Below the pieces are notes generated by a model. The model saw nothing but the letters and a program-made list of their open reading frames with translations. It was not told the origin of the DNA and made no database searches. Source: an uncultured Chloroflexia bacterium (GTDB lineage: Bacteria > Chloroflexota > Limnocylindria > Limnocylindrales > CSP1-4). From it: a stretch of 64,000 nucleotides of DNA. The translations under genes were made by a program, and so were the position numbers. The stretch covers positions 28,715 through 92,714 of the forward strand of contig CAVUAG010000009.1 in the NCBI GenBank assembly GCA_963739365.1. The letters run 5' to 3'. Shown piece by piece: positions 1 to 9,895 of the stretch; position 1 is the stretch's first letter, and each line of letters begins with the position of its first letter.

Positions 1-738
1 GGCGAGACGCCGGGTCATCACGTACCGTCGTGCCTCGCGCTCGAGCGGTCCGGAGCCGACGACCAGGAGGCGGGCATCGCTGCCCGTCCGGCGGACCATC
101 CGGAACGCCTTGAGGAGGTGCAGGAGGCCCTTGCGCGGCTCCAGGCGCCCCACGAAGAGGATGTTCGGCCGGCCATCCTGCCAGCGGGCCAGCGGGACGG
201 CGTGGGTGAAGAGGCGAAGGTCCACGCCGTTCGGGATCACCTTGTAGTCGCCCGGCAGGTAGCGGTCCGCGAAGTGGCGAGCGGCGGCGCTGACGGCGAT
301 GCGCCCGTGGAGCCGGCTTGCGGCGACCGGGCCGAGCATCCGGCCGCCGATCTGGTAGCCCGGGGCGTAGCCGGCGAAGGCGTGGAAGGTGGCGACATTC
401 ACGCTCCGGGATTCGTGCAGGGTCGTCAGGGCGAGGAACGGGACGAAGGGCTCGTGGAAGTGGAGCAGGTCGAACTGCTCGTGATCGAGCACAGCCCGGA
501 TCTGGGACCGATAGCGCAGGGAGACCGTCAGGGTGCCGACGGAGCCGTTGGCCGGCACGGAGAAGCCCTTGCCGATCCGGATGACATCCCCCTCCGAGCT
601 GCGCTGCAGGCCGTGGCTGGCGGTCAGGATCCGGACGTCGTGGCCGCGGACGCGGAGGCTCTCGTAGAGGTGGCCGACGTGGTCGTTCACGCCGCCCGGG
701 AGCGGGTAGACGTACGGCGTCACCAGGCCGATCTTCAC
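1..738 (-). CDS. pimA: GT4 glycosyltransferase, PimA-like phosphatidylinositol alpha-mannosyltransferase (3' end outside window)
   Basis: Manual translation from GTG at 738 gives MKIGLVTPYVYPLPGGVNDHV...HFHEPF...ATFHA...YKVIPNGVD...ILFVGR, typical of the PimA/GT4 family. It overlaps the stop of the upstream PHP gene (GTGA) and lies in an operon with pgsA, ino1 and acyltransferases. Confidence 0.8.
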   Translation of the reverse strand, partial: MKIGLVTPYVYPLPGGVNDHVGHLYESLRVRGHDVRILTASHGLQRSSEGDVIRIGKGFSVPANGSVGTLTVSLRYRSQIRAVLDHEQFDLLHFHEPFVPFLALTTLHESRSVNVATFHAFAGYAPGYQIGGRMLGPVAASRLHGRIAVSAAARHFADRYLPGDYKVIPNGVDLRLFTHAVPLARWQDGRPNILFVGRLEPRKGLLHLLKAFRMVRRTGSDARLLVVGSGPLEREARRYVMTRRLA

Positions 739-1601
739 GGCCGCCCCTCGTCTCCCCGGGGGACGATGGCCGACCCATCCAGCCTCGGCGGCCGCCGGTC
801 GCCGCCCGGGTAGCCGTGATCCCGGCCCGAGCCGTCGCGCCGGACCCGGCCCCCGACCTCGGCCCGGATGTCCCGGCTGTACTTGCGCAGCTGGCGGCCG
901 AAGGTCGGGAGCTGCGATGAGGTCCGGTGGAAGCTCCCGTGCCAGCCGGACTCGCCCGCCAGGATCGCCGCCCGGAGATCCTCGGCCGTCCGGCCCCGGA
1001 ACGTGGTCCAGCCCGTGCCAACGGCCGACGCCTCGTGGGCGTCGCTGTTCCCGACCACGGCCAGGCCGTGCTCGGCCGCGAAGGCGACGACGCGGCGGTG
1101 CACGGGCCGCCCGAACGTGGTCGGGTTGAACGCCTCCAGGGCGTCGGGCCGGACGCGCGGGTCCTTCGCATCCAGCAGCGCCCGCAGCGTCCAGGCCTGG
1201 GCGCAGAGGGGATAGGGGAAGAGCGGGTGGGCCGGGATGGCCAGGCCGCCCTGCTCGTGGACGAGGCCGACCGTTTCGCGCAGCGAGCGCAGCGGAGGCA
1301 CGGCCTCCTCGATGAAGAGGGCGAGCAGGTGGCCTCCGCGGGTGGTCACCTCCTCGCCGATGACGACCTCGAGCGGGAGGTCGCGCGCCCGGGCGATCTC
1401 CCGGGCTGCATGCGCCGCGTCGACGCGTTCGTGGTCGGCGATGCCGATGACGTCGAGCTGGGTGTGCTCGAGGACGAACGCCAGGATCTCCTCGACCCCG
1501 CTCACGCCGTCCGAGGCCAGCGTGTGCACGTGGAGGTCGGCGCGGCCGTGGGCGACATCGACGTCGGGGCCGGTCGCCGAGTGGAGGTTGGCCGCGGTCA
1601 T
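735..1601 (-). CDS. PHP-domain phosphoesterase
   Basis: Motifs ADLHVHT..SDG, IADHE, GEE, HLLAL, IPAHP, GNSDAH; ATG at 1601 overlaps the upstream stop (ATGA). Confidence 0.85.
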   Translation of the reverse strand: MTAANLHSATGPDVDVAHGRADLHVHTLASDGVSGVEEILAFVLEHTQLDVIGIADHERVDAAHAAREIARARDLPLEVVIGEEVTTRGGHLLALFIEEAVPPLRSLRETVGLVHEQGGLAIPAHPLFPYPLCAQAWTLRALLDAKDPRVRPDALEAFNPTTFGRPVHRRVVAFAAEHGLAVVGNSDAHEASAVGTGWTTFRGRTAEDLRAAILAGESGWHGSFHRTSSQLPTFGRQLRKYSRDIRAEVGGRVRRDGSGRDHGYPGGDRRPPRLDGSAIVPRGDEGRP

Positions 1602-2626
1602 CGCGCCGGCCCGCCGGTTGCCGGTGATCCCGCCGTCGTGGTGCCGCTCCGACGTGCGCGCGGCCCGACCTCTTCCCAGATCGGGAAGAAGACGGTCCAC
1701 CACTGTTCCGGAGCGATCGAGATGAACGCCTCGAGCGCCTCTGCCTCGGCCCGGAGCAGGGCCTCGATCCGGGCCCGCCGGGGCAGGTCCGCAGGCGGGT
1801 GGGGCACCGTGACGAGCCCTCCCCGGTACGACTCACCCTTCGCGCGCCAGACGGCGGCGACGTGGAGCGGCGCCCCGTGCTCGAGGGCGAGGTAGGCTGG
1901 CCCTATCGGGAGCCTCGTCCGGCGGCCGAAGAGCGTGACCGGCACGCCGCCCCCGGCGATGTCGCGGTCGGCCACGATCCCGACGCCCTCCCCCCGCGCG
2001 AGGGCGTCGCCAAGCGCGTGCCGAGCCTGATCGAGGCCCACGATCCGCGCCCCGCTGCTCTCACGCGCCCGCAGCAGGAGCCGCTGGAGCGGCGGATCGC
2101 CGATCGTCTCCATCGGCGCGGTGATGGGGACCCGGCAGTTGTCGCCGAGCACGGTCGCGGCACCGGTCATCGACCCGAAGTGGGCCGTCACGAAGACCAC
2201 CGGGCCCGGGGTCGCGAACGCCGCGTTCACCGGGGCGGGAACCTCGATCAGCAGGCGGCGGCGGAGGTCACGGGCGCTCGCCCCGCCGCGCAGCGTCTCC
2301 GCGTACATCCGCACGCTGTGCCGGAAGGCCGCTCGCACGAGGTGCTCCAGGGCTGCCGGATCCGTGGCCGCCGTACGCGCCCGGGCGTTGCCGCGGCCGG
2401 TCGCCGCCAGCCAGCCCGCGACGTGGGCGAGGTTGCCGCGGGCGCGAGCGGCGCGGCCGGGAGTCGCCCGATACCAGAGCTCGCCGGCCGCGTCGCACAG
2501 CCCGCCGACCACGGGCGCAGGGAGGTGCGCGAGGACGACTCCCAGGGCGCCGACGAGGCTCGCCCGGACGCGCTGCACGGTCGTGCCGCGCGTCTCTGCC
2601 GGCCGCTCCACGCCCGCCCCGGTCAT
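1598..2626 (-). CDS. Lipid A lauroyl/PatA-like acyltransferase (copy 2)
   Basis: VTAHFGS, IVADRD..GGGVPVTLFG, LPIGPAYLA and PEQWW motifs of the Lip_A_acyltransferase family; ATGA coupling at 2623-2626. Confidence 0.8.
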   Translation of the reverse strand: MTGAGVERPAETRGTTVQRVRASLVGALGVVLAHLPAPVVGGLCDAAGELWYRATPGRAARARGNLAHVAGWLAATGRGNARARTAATDPAALEHLVRAAFRHSVRMYAETLRGGASARDLRRRLLIEVPAPVNAAFATPGPVVFVTAHFGSMTGAATVLGDNCRVPITAPMETIGDPPLQRLLLRARESSGARIVGLDQARHALGDALARGEGVGIVADRDIAGGGVPVTLFGRRTRLPIGPAYLALEHGAPLHVAAVWRAKGESYRGGLVTVPHPPADLPRRARIEALLRAEAEALEAFISIAPEQWWTVFFPIWEEVGPRARRSGTTTAGSPATGGPAR

Positions 2627-3681
2627 CCGGCGGCTCCCTGCGAGGCCGCGCCGCGGTCGCGCAGCGCGCGCTCCGCGAGGGCCGCCTCTTCGGCCGGGTC
2701 GTCGGGCCACATGGGCTTGAAGACGCACCACTGCTCAGGCGCCTCGCGGACGGCCACCTCGAGGGCGTCGGCGATGGCCTGCGTCGCGCGCGCGATCTCG
2801 TCCGGCTCGGCGGAGGCCACGACGATGGGGGTGCCGACCTCGCCGAGGAAGGTGCCGTCCGGGCGGCGGATGGTCCAGAAGGGGACGATGGTCGCACCGG
2901 TCCGCGCGGCAAGGATGGCCGGGCCGGACGGGAGCGTGGTCCACGACCCCAGGAAGCGGACCGGCTGCCCATCCGGGCGGTAGCCCCAGTCCACGAGGAG
3001 CCCGAGGATCTTGCCGCCGCGCAGGACGCGGTAGACCTCGCGGAGGTTGCGCCAGCGGATGACCTCGATGCCCCAGGCTCGTCGCTGGGCGACGAAGCGC
3101 TCGAAGAGGTCGTCGTACGCCGTGTCGTCGGCGAGGTAGTGAACCGGCCAGCCACGGCCCGCGAGCGCGGCCGCCGCGACCTCCCCGTTTCCGATGTGAA
3201 GCCCGGCCAGGATCACGCCGCTCGAGGCCAGCCACGCTTCGTGGAGGCGATCCGGCCCTTGGCCCGTGAACATGGCGACGTGCTCCCCGTTCGTCATCCG
3301 GACGAGGTGCATGCCCTCGAGGACCCAGCGGACCTGGTTCCGGAAGACGGCCCTGCCCAGGGCGTCGACCCGCGGGTCGGACGGCGGCAGGGCCAGGATG
3401 CGCGCGGCGTTGGCGCGCACGTAGCGGCGCTTCTCCGGCCAGAGCCGATAGACAGTGTCGGAGATCCAGCCGCCGATGCGGACGCTCGGCTCGAGCGGGA
3501 GCCGGCCCAGGGCCCACGACCCGCCGCGATAGGCCACGACCACGAGCTTCTCGCGGAGTCGCGGCCCGCTCTTCTCCCGACGATGGGGCGCCCGAAAGCG
3601 CCCCCCGTCATCGTTCGCCGCCTCGGAGCCCGGCGACGCGGCGGGAGCCGCGCCAGCCGGGGATCCAGGGGCGGATGTCAC
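2623..3681 (-). CDS. Lipid A lauroyl/PatA-like acyltransferase (copy 1)
   Basis: [27 protein letters not shown] and PEQW..FKPMW motifs. Confidence 0.85.
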   Translation of the reverse strand: MTSAPGSPAGAAPAASPGSEAANDDGGRFRAPHRREKSGPRLREKLVVVAYRGGSWALGRLPLEPSVRIGGWISDTVYRLWPEKRRYVRANAARILALPPSDPRVDALGRAVFRNQVRWVLEGMHLVRMTNGEHVAMFTGQGPDRLHEAWLASSGVILAGLHIGNGEVAAAALAGRGWPVHYLADDTAYDDLFERFVAQRRAWGIEVIRWRNLREVYRVLRGGKILGLLVDWGYRPDGQPVRFLGSWTTLPSGPAILAARTGATIVPFWTIRRPDGTFLGEVGTPIVVASAEPDEIARATQAIADALEVAVREAPEQWCVFKPMWPDDPAEEAALAERALRDRGAASQGAAG

Positions 3682-4934
3682 TTGGCGGCGACCTTGGCCG
3701 GCGCCTTGGCGAGCGTCCGCAGCTTGCGCGCGACGAGCTTCTCGGTCCCGACGAGGGTCTCGTTGTCCTCGCCGCGGATGAACGCCTCGACGCGGTTGAA
3801 CGCGATGTCGTCGTGGAGCTGCGCCGGCGGGCTCTTCATGAAGTAGCTCGACGGAGCGACGAGCGTCCCCTTGAGGCCGCGGTCCAGGCCGAGCTTCATG
3901 CAGCGGATGGCGTCGGTGATGACGCCGGCGCTGTTCGGGCTGTCCCAGACCTCGAGCTTGAGCTCGGCGCGGAGCGGCACGTCGCCGTAGGTGGTGCCCT
4001 CCATCTGGATGTAGCAGAACTTGCGGTCGGTCAGCCAGGGCACGTGGTCGCTCGGGCCGACGTGGACGTCGTCGGGCTCGAGCTCGTAGTCGAGCATCGA
4101 GGTGACCGCGTTCGTCTTGCTGATCTTCTTGCTCTCGAGGCGCTCCCGCTCGAGCATGTTGAGGAAGTCGGTGTTGCCCCCGAAGTTCAGCTGGTAGGTC
4201 CGGTCGAGGCGGACGCCGCGATCCATGAAGAGGCGGGTCATGACGCGGTGGGTGATCGTGGCCCCGACCTGGCTCTTGATGTCGTCGCCGATGATCGGGA
4301 GGCCCTCCTCGGCGAAGCGGCGCTGCCAGTACGGCTCACGGCCGATGAAGACGGGGATCGCGTTGACGAACCCGACGCCGGCCTTGAGGGCCTGCTCGGC
4401 GTACCACTTCGTGGCCTCCTCGCTCCCGACCGGGAGATAGGAGACCATCACGTCGACCTCGCGCTCCCGCAGGATCCCGACGATGTCGGCCGTGGGGCCG
4501 GGGGCCTTCTCGATGACCTCGCTGAGGTACTTCCCGAGGCCGTCGTGGGTCATCCCGCGGTCGACCTTCACGCCCATGTGCGGGACCTGCTGGAAGACGA
4601 TCGTGTTGTTCGGGTGCGCGTAGATCGCCTCGGAGAGGTCCTTGCCGACCTTCTCCTTGTTGATGTCGAAGGCGGCGACGAACTCGATGTCGCGGACGTG
4701 GTAGCCACCCAGGCTCACGTGCATGAGGCCGGGGACGAAGTCCGTCTCTTTCGCGTTCTCGTAGTAGTAGCGGCCCTGGACGAGGCTGCTCGCGCAGTTG
4801 CCGACGCCCACGATGGCGACGCGGATCTTGCCGTCCTTGCGGTTGGCGCCGGCCCAGGCCTTGCCCGTGCCGCTGGCGGCCTTCGTGCCGTTCCCGTTGC
4901 TGCTCACGCTGTTGCTCCCGTTCTTCTTGGCCAT
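3678..4934 (-). CDS. ino1: myo-inositol-1-phosphate synthase
   Basis: [65 protein letters not shown]. Confidence 0.97.
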   Translation of the reverse strand: MAKKNGSNSVSSNGNGTKAASGTGKAWAGANRKDGKIRVAIVGVGNCASSLVQGRYYYENAKETDFVPGLMHVSLGGYHVRDIEFVAAFDINKEKVGKDLSEAIYAHPNNTIVFQQVPHMGVKVDRGMTHDGLGKYLSEVIEKAPGPTADIVGILREREVDVMVSYLPVGSEEATKWYAEQALKAGVGFVNAIPVFIGREPYWQRRFAEEGLPIIGDDIKSQVGATITHRVMTRLFMDRGVRLDRTYQLNFGGNTDFLNMLERERLESKKISKTNAVTSMLDYELEPDDVHVGPSDHVPWLTDRKFCYIQMEGTTYGDVPLRAELKLEVWDSPNSAGVITDAIRCMKLGLDRGLKGTLVAPSSYFMKSPPAQLHDDIAFNRVEAFIRGEDNETLVGTEKLVARKLRTLAKAPAKVAAK

Positions 4935-4986
4935 GGTGTGCTTCGTGGTTCCTCCTGCGATGGGTGGGGGATTGGGTGTCGGAAGG

Positions 4987-5697
4987 TCAGCTCGCCCGGG
5001 TCTCGCCCTCCGTCGGTGCAGCGGCCGTGTTCAGGGCGGCCGAGCGGGCCTGGGCGCGCGTGTGGAGCACGCGCTGGATGACCGTGAGGGTGGCCCCGAT
5101 GGCGATGATCGCCAGGGCCGCGTCGATCACGAGGATGCCCGTGGGGATCGCGGTGGCATCGGCGCCGACCGCCGGGGCGGTGCCGAGCAGGCCGCCCACG
5201 ACGAGACCGCCGCACAGGATCACGAGGCGGATCTCGCGCGGCATCACGCCGACCGCGGCCATGCCGATCCCCGCGGAGAAGCCGAGGCCCTCCGACTTGG
5301 CCCGGGCGTAGCTGACGAGGAACGCCGAGGCCATCGCGGCGGCGGCGAGGAGTGGCCCGTACGACCAGCCGGCGGCGGCGAGGCCGGCGACGAGCCCGAC
5401 GTAGACGAGCGCCTCGCCCCAGCGGTCGAAGACGGAGTCCATGAACGCGCCGAGCTTGCTGACCTGGCCGGTCGCCCGCGCCAGGGTGCCATCGAACATG
5501 TCGAAGACGCCGCCGGCGAAGACGATGAGCCCGCCGACCACCCAGAGCTGGAGGCCGAGGAGGATGGCCCCGATCGTCGTGATCCCGAACCCGATGAGCG
5601 TCAGCCCGTCCGGGGTGAGGCCGAGGCGGCCGAAGAAGAGGGCGATCGGCTCGCCGATCTTCTTGACGCGGCCACGCGTGTCGTTCGAGATTGCCAT
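4987..5697 (-). CDS. pgsA: CDP-alcohol phosphatidyltransferase (phosphatidylinositol-phosphate synthase-like)
   Basis: Signature [12 protein letters not shown]...[10 protein letters not shown] and [11 protein letters not shown]; adjacent to ino1. Confidence 0.9.
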   Translation of the reverse strand: MAISNDTRGRVKKIGEPIALFFGRLGLTPDGLTLIGFGITTIGAILLGLQLWVVGGLIVFAGGVFDMFDGTLARATGQVSKLGAFMDSVFDRWGEALVYVGLVAGLAAAGWSYGPLLAAAAMASAFLVSYARAKSEGLGFSAGIGMAAVGVMPREIRLVILCGGLVVGGLLGTAPAVGADATAIPTGILVIDAALAIIAIGATLTVIQRVLHTRAQARSAALNTAAAPTEGETRAS

Positions 5698-5699
5698 GC

Positions 5700-6032
5700 T
5701 CAGCTCATTCCCAGGATGGCGCGTTCGCGCGCCGCGACCTCGCCGAACGCCTCGGGGCGCAGCGAGCAGATCGTCTCGCGGCCGGCCCGGCGGGAGACGA
5801 CCAGGCCTGCCTCGCGAAGGCGGCGCAGGTGGTGGCTGACGAGCGGCTGACTGAGGCCGACGTGGTCGATGAGATCGCCGACGCTGGCCGGGCCGTCGGC
5901 AAGGCGACGGACGATCCGCAGCCGGTTCACGTCGGCCAGGGCCTTGTGGAAGGTGCGGATCTCGCGGAGGTCGTCCGGTTGATCGACGATCGAGGCGATC
6001 GTGGAGCGGAAGCGCGCAGGCGAGGGGCTCAG
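5700..6032 (-). CDS. ArsR/SmtB family transcriptional regulator (start uncertain; CTG at 6032 proposed)
   Basis: FHKALADVNRLRIVRRL...SVGDL...LSQPLVSHHLRRLREAGLV winged HTH. The frame is open upstream of the listed GTG up to a CTG preceded by GGAG. Confidence 0.85.
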   Translation of the reverse strand: MSPSPARFRSTIASIVDQPDDLREIRTFHKALADVNRLRIVRRLADGPASVGDLIDHVGLSQPLVSHHLRRLREAGLVVSRRAGRETICSLRPEAFGEVAARERAILGMS

Positions 6033-6088
6033 GGGTTCGCTCCGATCGGGTCGGGTTGTCGCCGGGCAACGGCGAGCAGCAACATTCG

Positions 6089-6137
6089 TTTATATAAAGC
6101 GTCGTTGATGGTAGCCGCGAGCTTCGCCGAGTGTCAA
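6089..6137 (-). promoter_or_regulatory. Sigma70-type promoter with a putative ArsR operator for the PI/PIM operon
   Basis: Minus strand TTGACA (6137-6132), 18 bp spacer, TACCAT (6113-6108), then ATCAA-N6-TTTAT and the palindrome TTTATATAAA in a local AT-rich patch. Confidence 0.7.
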
Positions 6138-6462
6138 GCGGTCCGCGAGCCGGTGTCGGGGTTCCGTGGCACGGTCGTGCGATGCCGGCGTGTCGCCTCC
6201 CTGCCCCGCTTCCTGGGCCGCGCCTCCGGCTGCTCGACCTCGTCCGGTGTCTCCTCGTCCGTCGCCCCGGGCACGCCGCCCGTCCCGGCGGCCCGGCCGC
6301 GCTTCACCTGGGCATCGAGGACCTGCTTGAACTGCTTGGCGAGACCGGTCCGCATCCCCGAGCGCGCGGCCGCGGCCGCGTCGTGGTCGCGCCGCCGGGC
6401 ACGCGCAGCCTCGGCCGGCGGAAGCTCAGTCGGACCGGTCGTCGGGCGGTTTCGGCGTCATC
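6134..6462 (-). CDS. Small hypothetical protein (possibly frameshifted at the 5' end)
   Basis: ORF 6134-6355 (MRTGLAKQFKQVLDAQVKRG) has plausible codon usage and may join MTPKPPDDRS upstream through a frameshift. Confidence 0.35.
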
Positions 6463-6493
6463 GTGGCGAGGGTCGCGCAGGTCGCCTCGCCCG

Positions 6494-7012
6494 TCAAGCC
6501 GGCTCGATGGACGGACGCCGCGCCAGCTCGTGGTTCGTGTAGGCCGACTCCGTGCTCACCTCGCGGACGATCAGGGCAGCGATCCCGGGCGGCGGCTCGG
6601 GCACGTCCGCCGCGTCGTCGAGCTCCACCTCGAGCAGGACGAGCCCCGGCGGCTCGTCGAAGACGTCCAGCTCGTAGGTCCAGCCACCGCTCACGAACAC
6701 GTGACGCGTCTTGCGGATCACCCGGCGCGCGGGGTCGGCATCGGCCAGCAGGCGCGCGTACTCGTCGGCCGTGAGGTCGTCCTCGAGCTCCTGGCGCACG
6801 ATGCCGGCGACGTCGCGCTTGCGCGTGAACACGTGGCGGACGATCCCCCCGCGATCGGTCCGTCGGACGCGACGCACCCACTCGCCGTCCGCGCGCAGGT
6901 AGGCCTGCTCGATCCGGACGTCGAGCGCACCCAGCGCCGCAAGGTCGGATGCGGCGGGGGCACTCGACAGCAGGTACTTCCGCTCGATCTCGAGCCCGGT
7001 CTCTCGGCCCAT
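6494..7012 (-). CDS. CYTH/triphosphate tunnel metalloenzyme domain protein
   Basis: EIERKYLL N-terminus, IEQAYL, IRKTRH, ELDVF, LLEVEL, YTNHELA. Confidence 0.9.
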   Translation of the reverse strand: MGRETGLEIERKYLLSSAPAASDLAALGALDVRIEQAYLRADGEWVRRVRRTDRGGIVRHVFTRKRDVAGIVRQELEDDLTADEYARLLADADPARRVIRKTRHVFVSGGWTYELDVFDEPPGLVLLEVELDDAADVPEPPPGIAALIVREVSTESAYTNHELARRPSIEPA

Positions 7013-7176
7013 GGAGCTCCCTTCGCGGGGAGTATGCGCCGGCCGGCGGGTGGGGTGAGCCGGCTGCGCGCCCTGGGCCCGCCGGGCGGGCGAGGCGAGC
7101 CGGTCACCGGTCGGCGCTCGATCCCCCGCCCTGCCCCGCGCGAGGCGGGAACGGGCGGCGGCTCTACACTCCGCGC

Positions 7177-8844
7177 ATGGACCGCCGGGTCGCGCTCGTG
7201 CTGCTCGCCGTCCTGGGAACCGGCGTCTTCCTGGCCGGGCTCGAGCTGATGATCACCGCGGTGGCGCTCCCCGCGATCATCGCGGACCTGGGCAGCTGGA
7301 CCGAGCTGCGCCACGCCAGCTGGATCATCAACGCCTACCTCCTCGTCTACGTCGGGACGATGCCCCTCGCGGGTCGCCTGGCGGACACCTGGGGTGCGCG
7401 ACGCCTCTTCCTGGGCGCCTTCGTGTTCTTCACCCTGGGCTCGCTGCTGGCCGGGATGGCCCAGTCCCTCGACCAGCTGATCGCGGCCCGGGCCATCCAG
7501 GCGCTGGGGGGCGGCGCGCTGGTCCCGGTGGCCACGGCGGCCGCATCCCACCTCTTCGAGGGTCACGATCGCCCCCGTGCGCTCGGCGTGATCGGCGCGC
7601 TCACGTTCCTGGGGATGGCCGCCGGGCCGTTTCTCGGCGCGGCGATCCTCGACGCGGTTCAGCCGGCGGCGGCCCTCGCCCGGCTGGGCCTGCTCAACGA
7701 GCCGATCGCGGACTTCCTGGCGCCCGCCTGGCGGTACGTCTTCTACATCAACGTTCCCATCGGGCTGGCGGCGCTGGCCATCGGCTGGGCGGCGACCGCC
7801 GGCTGGGACACGCCGCGCTCGACGGCGCGGGTGGATGTGGTCGGCGCCGTCCTCTTCACGATCGCCCTCGGGGCGCTCCTGCTCGGCATCACGCTCCTGG
7901 GCCAGGGGGGCGGGGCGCAGGGGGGCGGCCCGGACCCGGCCGCCATCTCCGCCATCCTGATCGCCGTCGGGCTGGCCGCGGGGGCTGCCGCGGTCGTCCT
8001 GGGCCTGCGCCGCCGGGATCCCTTCCTCGACCCACGGCTCTTCATGGACCGGGTCTTCGCGTCCGCCGCGCTCGTGAGCCTCCTGACCGGCTATGCGTTC
8101 GCCACCGCGATCGTCGGGTCCGCCGTCTTCGTGGACCGCGTGCTCTACGGCGGCCCGGACGACCAGCGCCTCGCCCTGGGTGCCCTGGCCGGCGCCACGG
8201 CCGTCGGCGCCCTGGTGTCCGGGTGGCTCGTCCGGCGCTGGTCGCTGCGCGCCGTCACGGTCGTGGGCCTGGCCGCCTCGACCGCCGGCCTCCTCTGGAT
8301 GGGCACCTGGGACGCGCACGTGTCCTACCCCATCGTCGCCGGCGCAGCCGCCCTCTTCGGCCTCGGCTTCGGCCTGACCGTGACGCCGCGCAGCACGGCC
8401 GCCGTGGAGGCCGTGGGCCGGGCCCGGTTCGGGACGGCCTCGGCGACGGTGACGGTGGCCCGCATGATCGGGATGGCCGTCGGCCTCGCGATCCTGACGG
8501 CCTACGGTTCGACGACCATCGACCGCCTCTCGGACCAGGTCTTCGGGTCGCCGGACGCCTATCGCGACATCGTGCCGCCGGCGCTCGCGGACCGGCCCCT
8601 GCGCGACCCACTCGTCGTCGACGCCCTCGAGGCGTGGGCGGCCGCCCGGGCCGCCGAGACGATGGTCGCCCTCTTCCTCGTGGCGGCCGGAGTCACCGTG
8701 GCGGCGTTCCCGGCCGGCGTCGCGCTCGGCGCGCGGCCGCGTATGCTCCGCGACGAGGCGGCAGGCGCCGCGGTCGCAGCGGGAGGTCCCGATGACGGAG
8801 GAGCCGGGCCCGGCGGGGAATCCGAGCCCACCCTCGCCCTCTGA
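7177..8844 (+). CDS. MFS transporter, DHA2 (EmrB/QacA-like) family
   Basis: GRLADTWGARRLF motif A, ARAIQALGGG, WRYVFYINVPIG; about 14 hydrophobic segments; TACACT 6 nt before the ATG at 7177. Confidence 0.9.
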   Translation: MDRRVALVLLAVLGTGVFLAGLELMITAVALPAIIADLGSWTELRHASWIINAYLLVYVGTMPLAGRLADTWGARRLFLGAFVFFTLGSLLAGMAQSLDQLIAARAIQALGGGALVPVATAAASHLFEGHDRPRALGVIGALTFLGMAAGPFLGAAILDAVQPAAALARLGLLNEPIADFLAPAWRYVFYINVPIGLAALAIGWAATAGWDTPRSTARVDVVGAVLFTIALGALLLGITLLGQGGGAQGGGPDPAAISAILIAVGLAAGAAAVVLGLRRRDPFLDPRLFMDRVFASAALVSLLTGYAFATAIVGSAVFVDRVLYGGPDDQRLALGALAGATAVGALVSGWLVRRWSLRAVTVVGLAASTAGLLWMGTWDAHVSYPIVAGAAALFGLGFGLTVTPRSTAAVEAVGRARFGTASATVTVARMIGMAVGLAILTAYGSTTIDRLSDQVFGSPDAYRDIVPPALADRPLRDPLVVDALEAWAAARAAETMVALFLVAAGVTVAAFPAGVALGARPRMLRDEAAGAAVAAGGPDDGGAGPGGESEPTLAL

Positions 8845-9826
8845 CGTGCTCCGCCTCGAGGCCGAGGCATCGCTCCGGATCGAGCACTGGCGCGACGGCG
8901 AGCACCGGACGCTGACCGGGCTCGAGGCCCTGCACCACGCCGTCGGTGAGTCGAGCGCGCTCCACTGGGTCGACCTGACGGACCCATCCCCGGCCCTCGT
9001 CGAGGCAGTCGCGGACGAGCTCGGCCTCCACCCCCTCATCGCCGAGGACATCCTGGAGCGCAACCAGCGCCCCAAGCTGGAGCTGACCGACGGCTTCGCG
9101 CACCTCGTGGTCTTCGCCGTCGCCTGGGAGCGCGAGCTGCTGGTCGACGAGATCGACCTGGTCCTGGGCCGCTCGTTCCTGCTGTCGGTCCACACGGCGT
9201 TCTGGGATCCGCGCGCGGCGGAGCACCTGCGGGACGGCGTGGAGCCGGTGATCGCGCGCGGGACGGACTACCTGCTGTGGGCGCTCCTCGATCACGTGGT
9301 CGACCAGTACTACCCGGTCTTCGACCGGATCGAGGACGCGGTCGACGATCTCGAGGACCGGATCGTCAGCCGGCCGGACAACGACACGCTCGAGCAGCTC
9401 TTCGGCCTCAAGCGCCAGCTCGTCGAGCTGCGCCACGTCAGCTCGCCGCAGCGCGAGGTCTTCAACCAGCTGACGAACCGGACGCTCCCGTTCATCGACC
9501 CCGAGCACGTCATCTACTTCCGCGACATCTACGACCATGCCGTCCACCTCTCCGACGAGTACGACTCGTTCCGGGAGCTCGTCTCGGCGGCCCTCGACGT
9601 CTACCTCTCGACGATCAACAACAACCTGTCCCTCATCATGAAGCGGCTGACCGGGATCACCGTCATCCTGGCCGGGATCGGCGCCTTCGCCGGGATCTTC
9701 GGCATGAGCGAGGCGGGCGCGGCGTTCAAGCTCGGCGAGGCGCCCGGCTTCTGGATCGTCACCTTCGGGATCATCGCGCTGGCGGTGGGGCTGGCGGTGG
9801 TGCTGCGCCGGATCCGCTGGATCTGA
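8792..9826 (+). CDS. corA: CorA-family Mg2+/Co2+ transporter
   Basis: LHPLIAED...QRPK, YFRDIYDH, NN..MKRLT, two C-terminal TM helices with GIFGMS (GMN-like). Confidence 0.9.
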   Translation: MTEEPGPAGNPSPPSPSDVLRLEAEASLRIEHWRDGEHRTLTGLEALHHAVGESSALHWVDLTDPSPALVEAVADELGLHPLIAEDILERNQRPKLELTDGFAHLVVFAVAWERELLVDEIDLVLGRSFLLSVHTAFWDPRAAEHLRDGVEPVIARGTDYLLWALLDHVVDQYYPVFDRIEDAVDDLEDRIVSRPDNDTLEQLFGLKRQLVELRHVSSPQREVFNQLTNRTLPFIDPEHVIYFRDIYDHAVHLSDEYDSFRELVSAALDVYLSTINNNLSLIMKRLTGITVILAGIGAFAGIFGMSEAGAAFKLGEAPGFWIVTFGIIALAVGLAVVLRRIRWI

Positions 9827-9895
9827 CGGGCGGCAGCCCAGGGGCCCTGCGGGCCATCGCCCACCGGGCAGTGACCGAGCAGGCCCGGATCGCGC

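Noticed and set aside
7177-8844. MFS as a dedicated PIM/lipid exporter (Rv1410c-like)
   Set aside because: The resemblance is only family-level, it is outside the lipid operon, and no LprG-like lipoprotein is adjacent.
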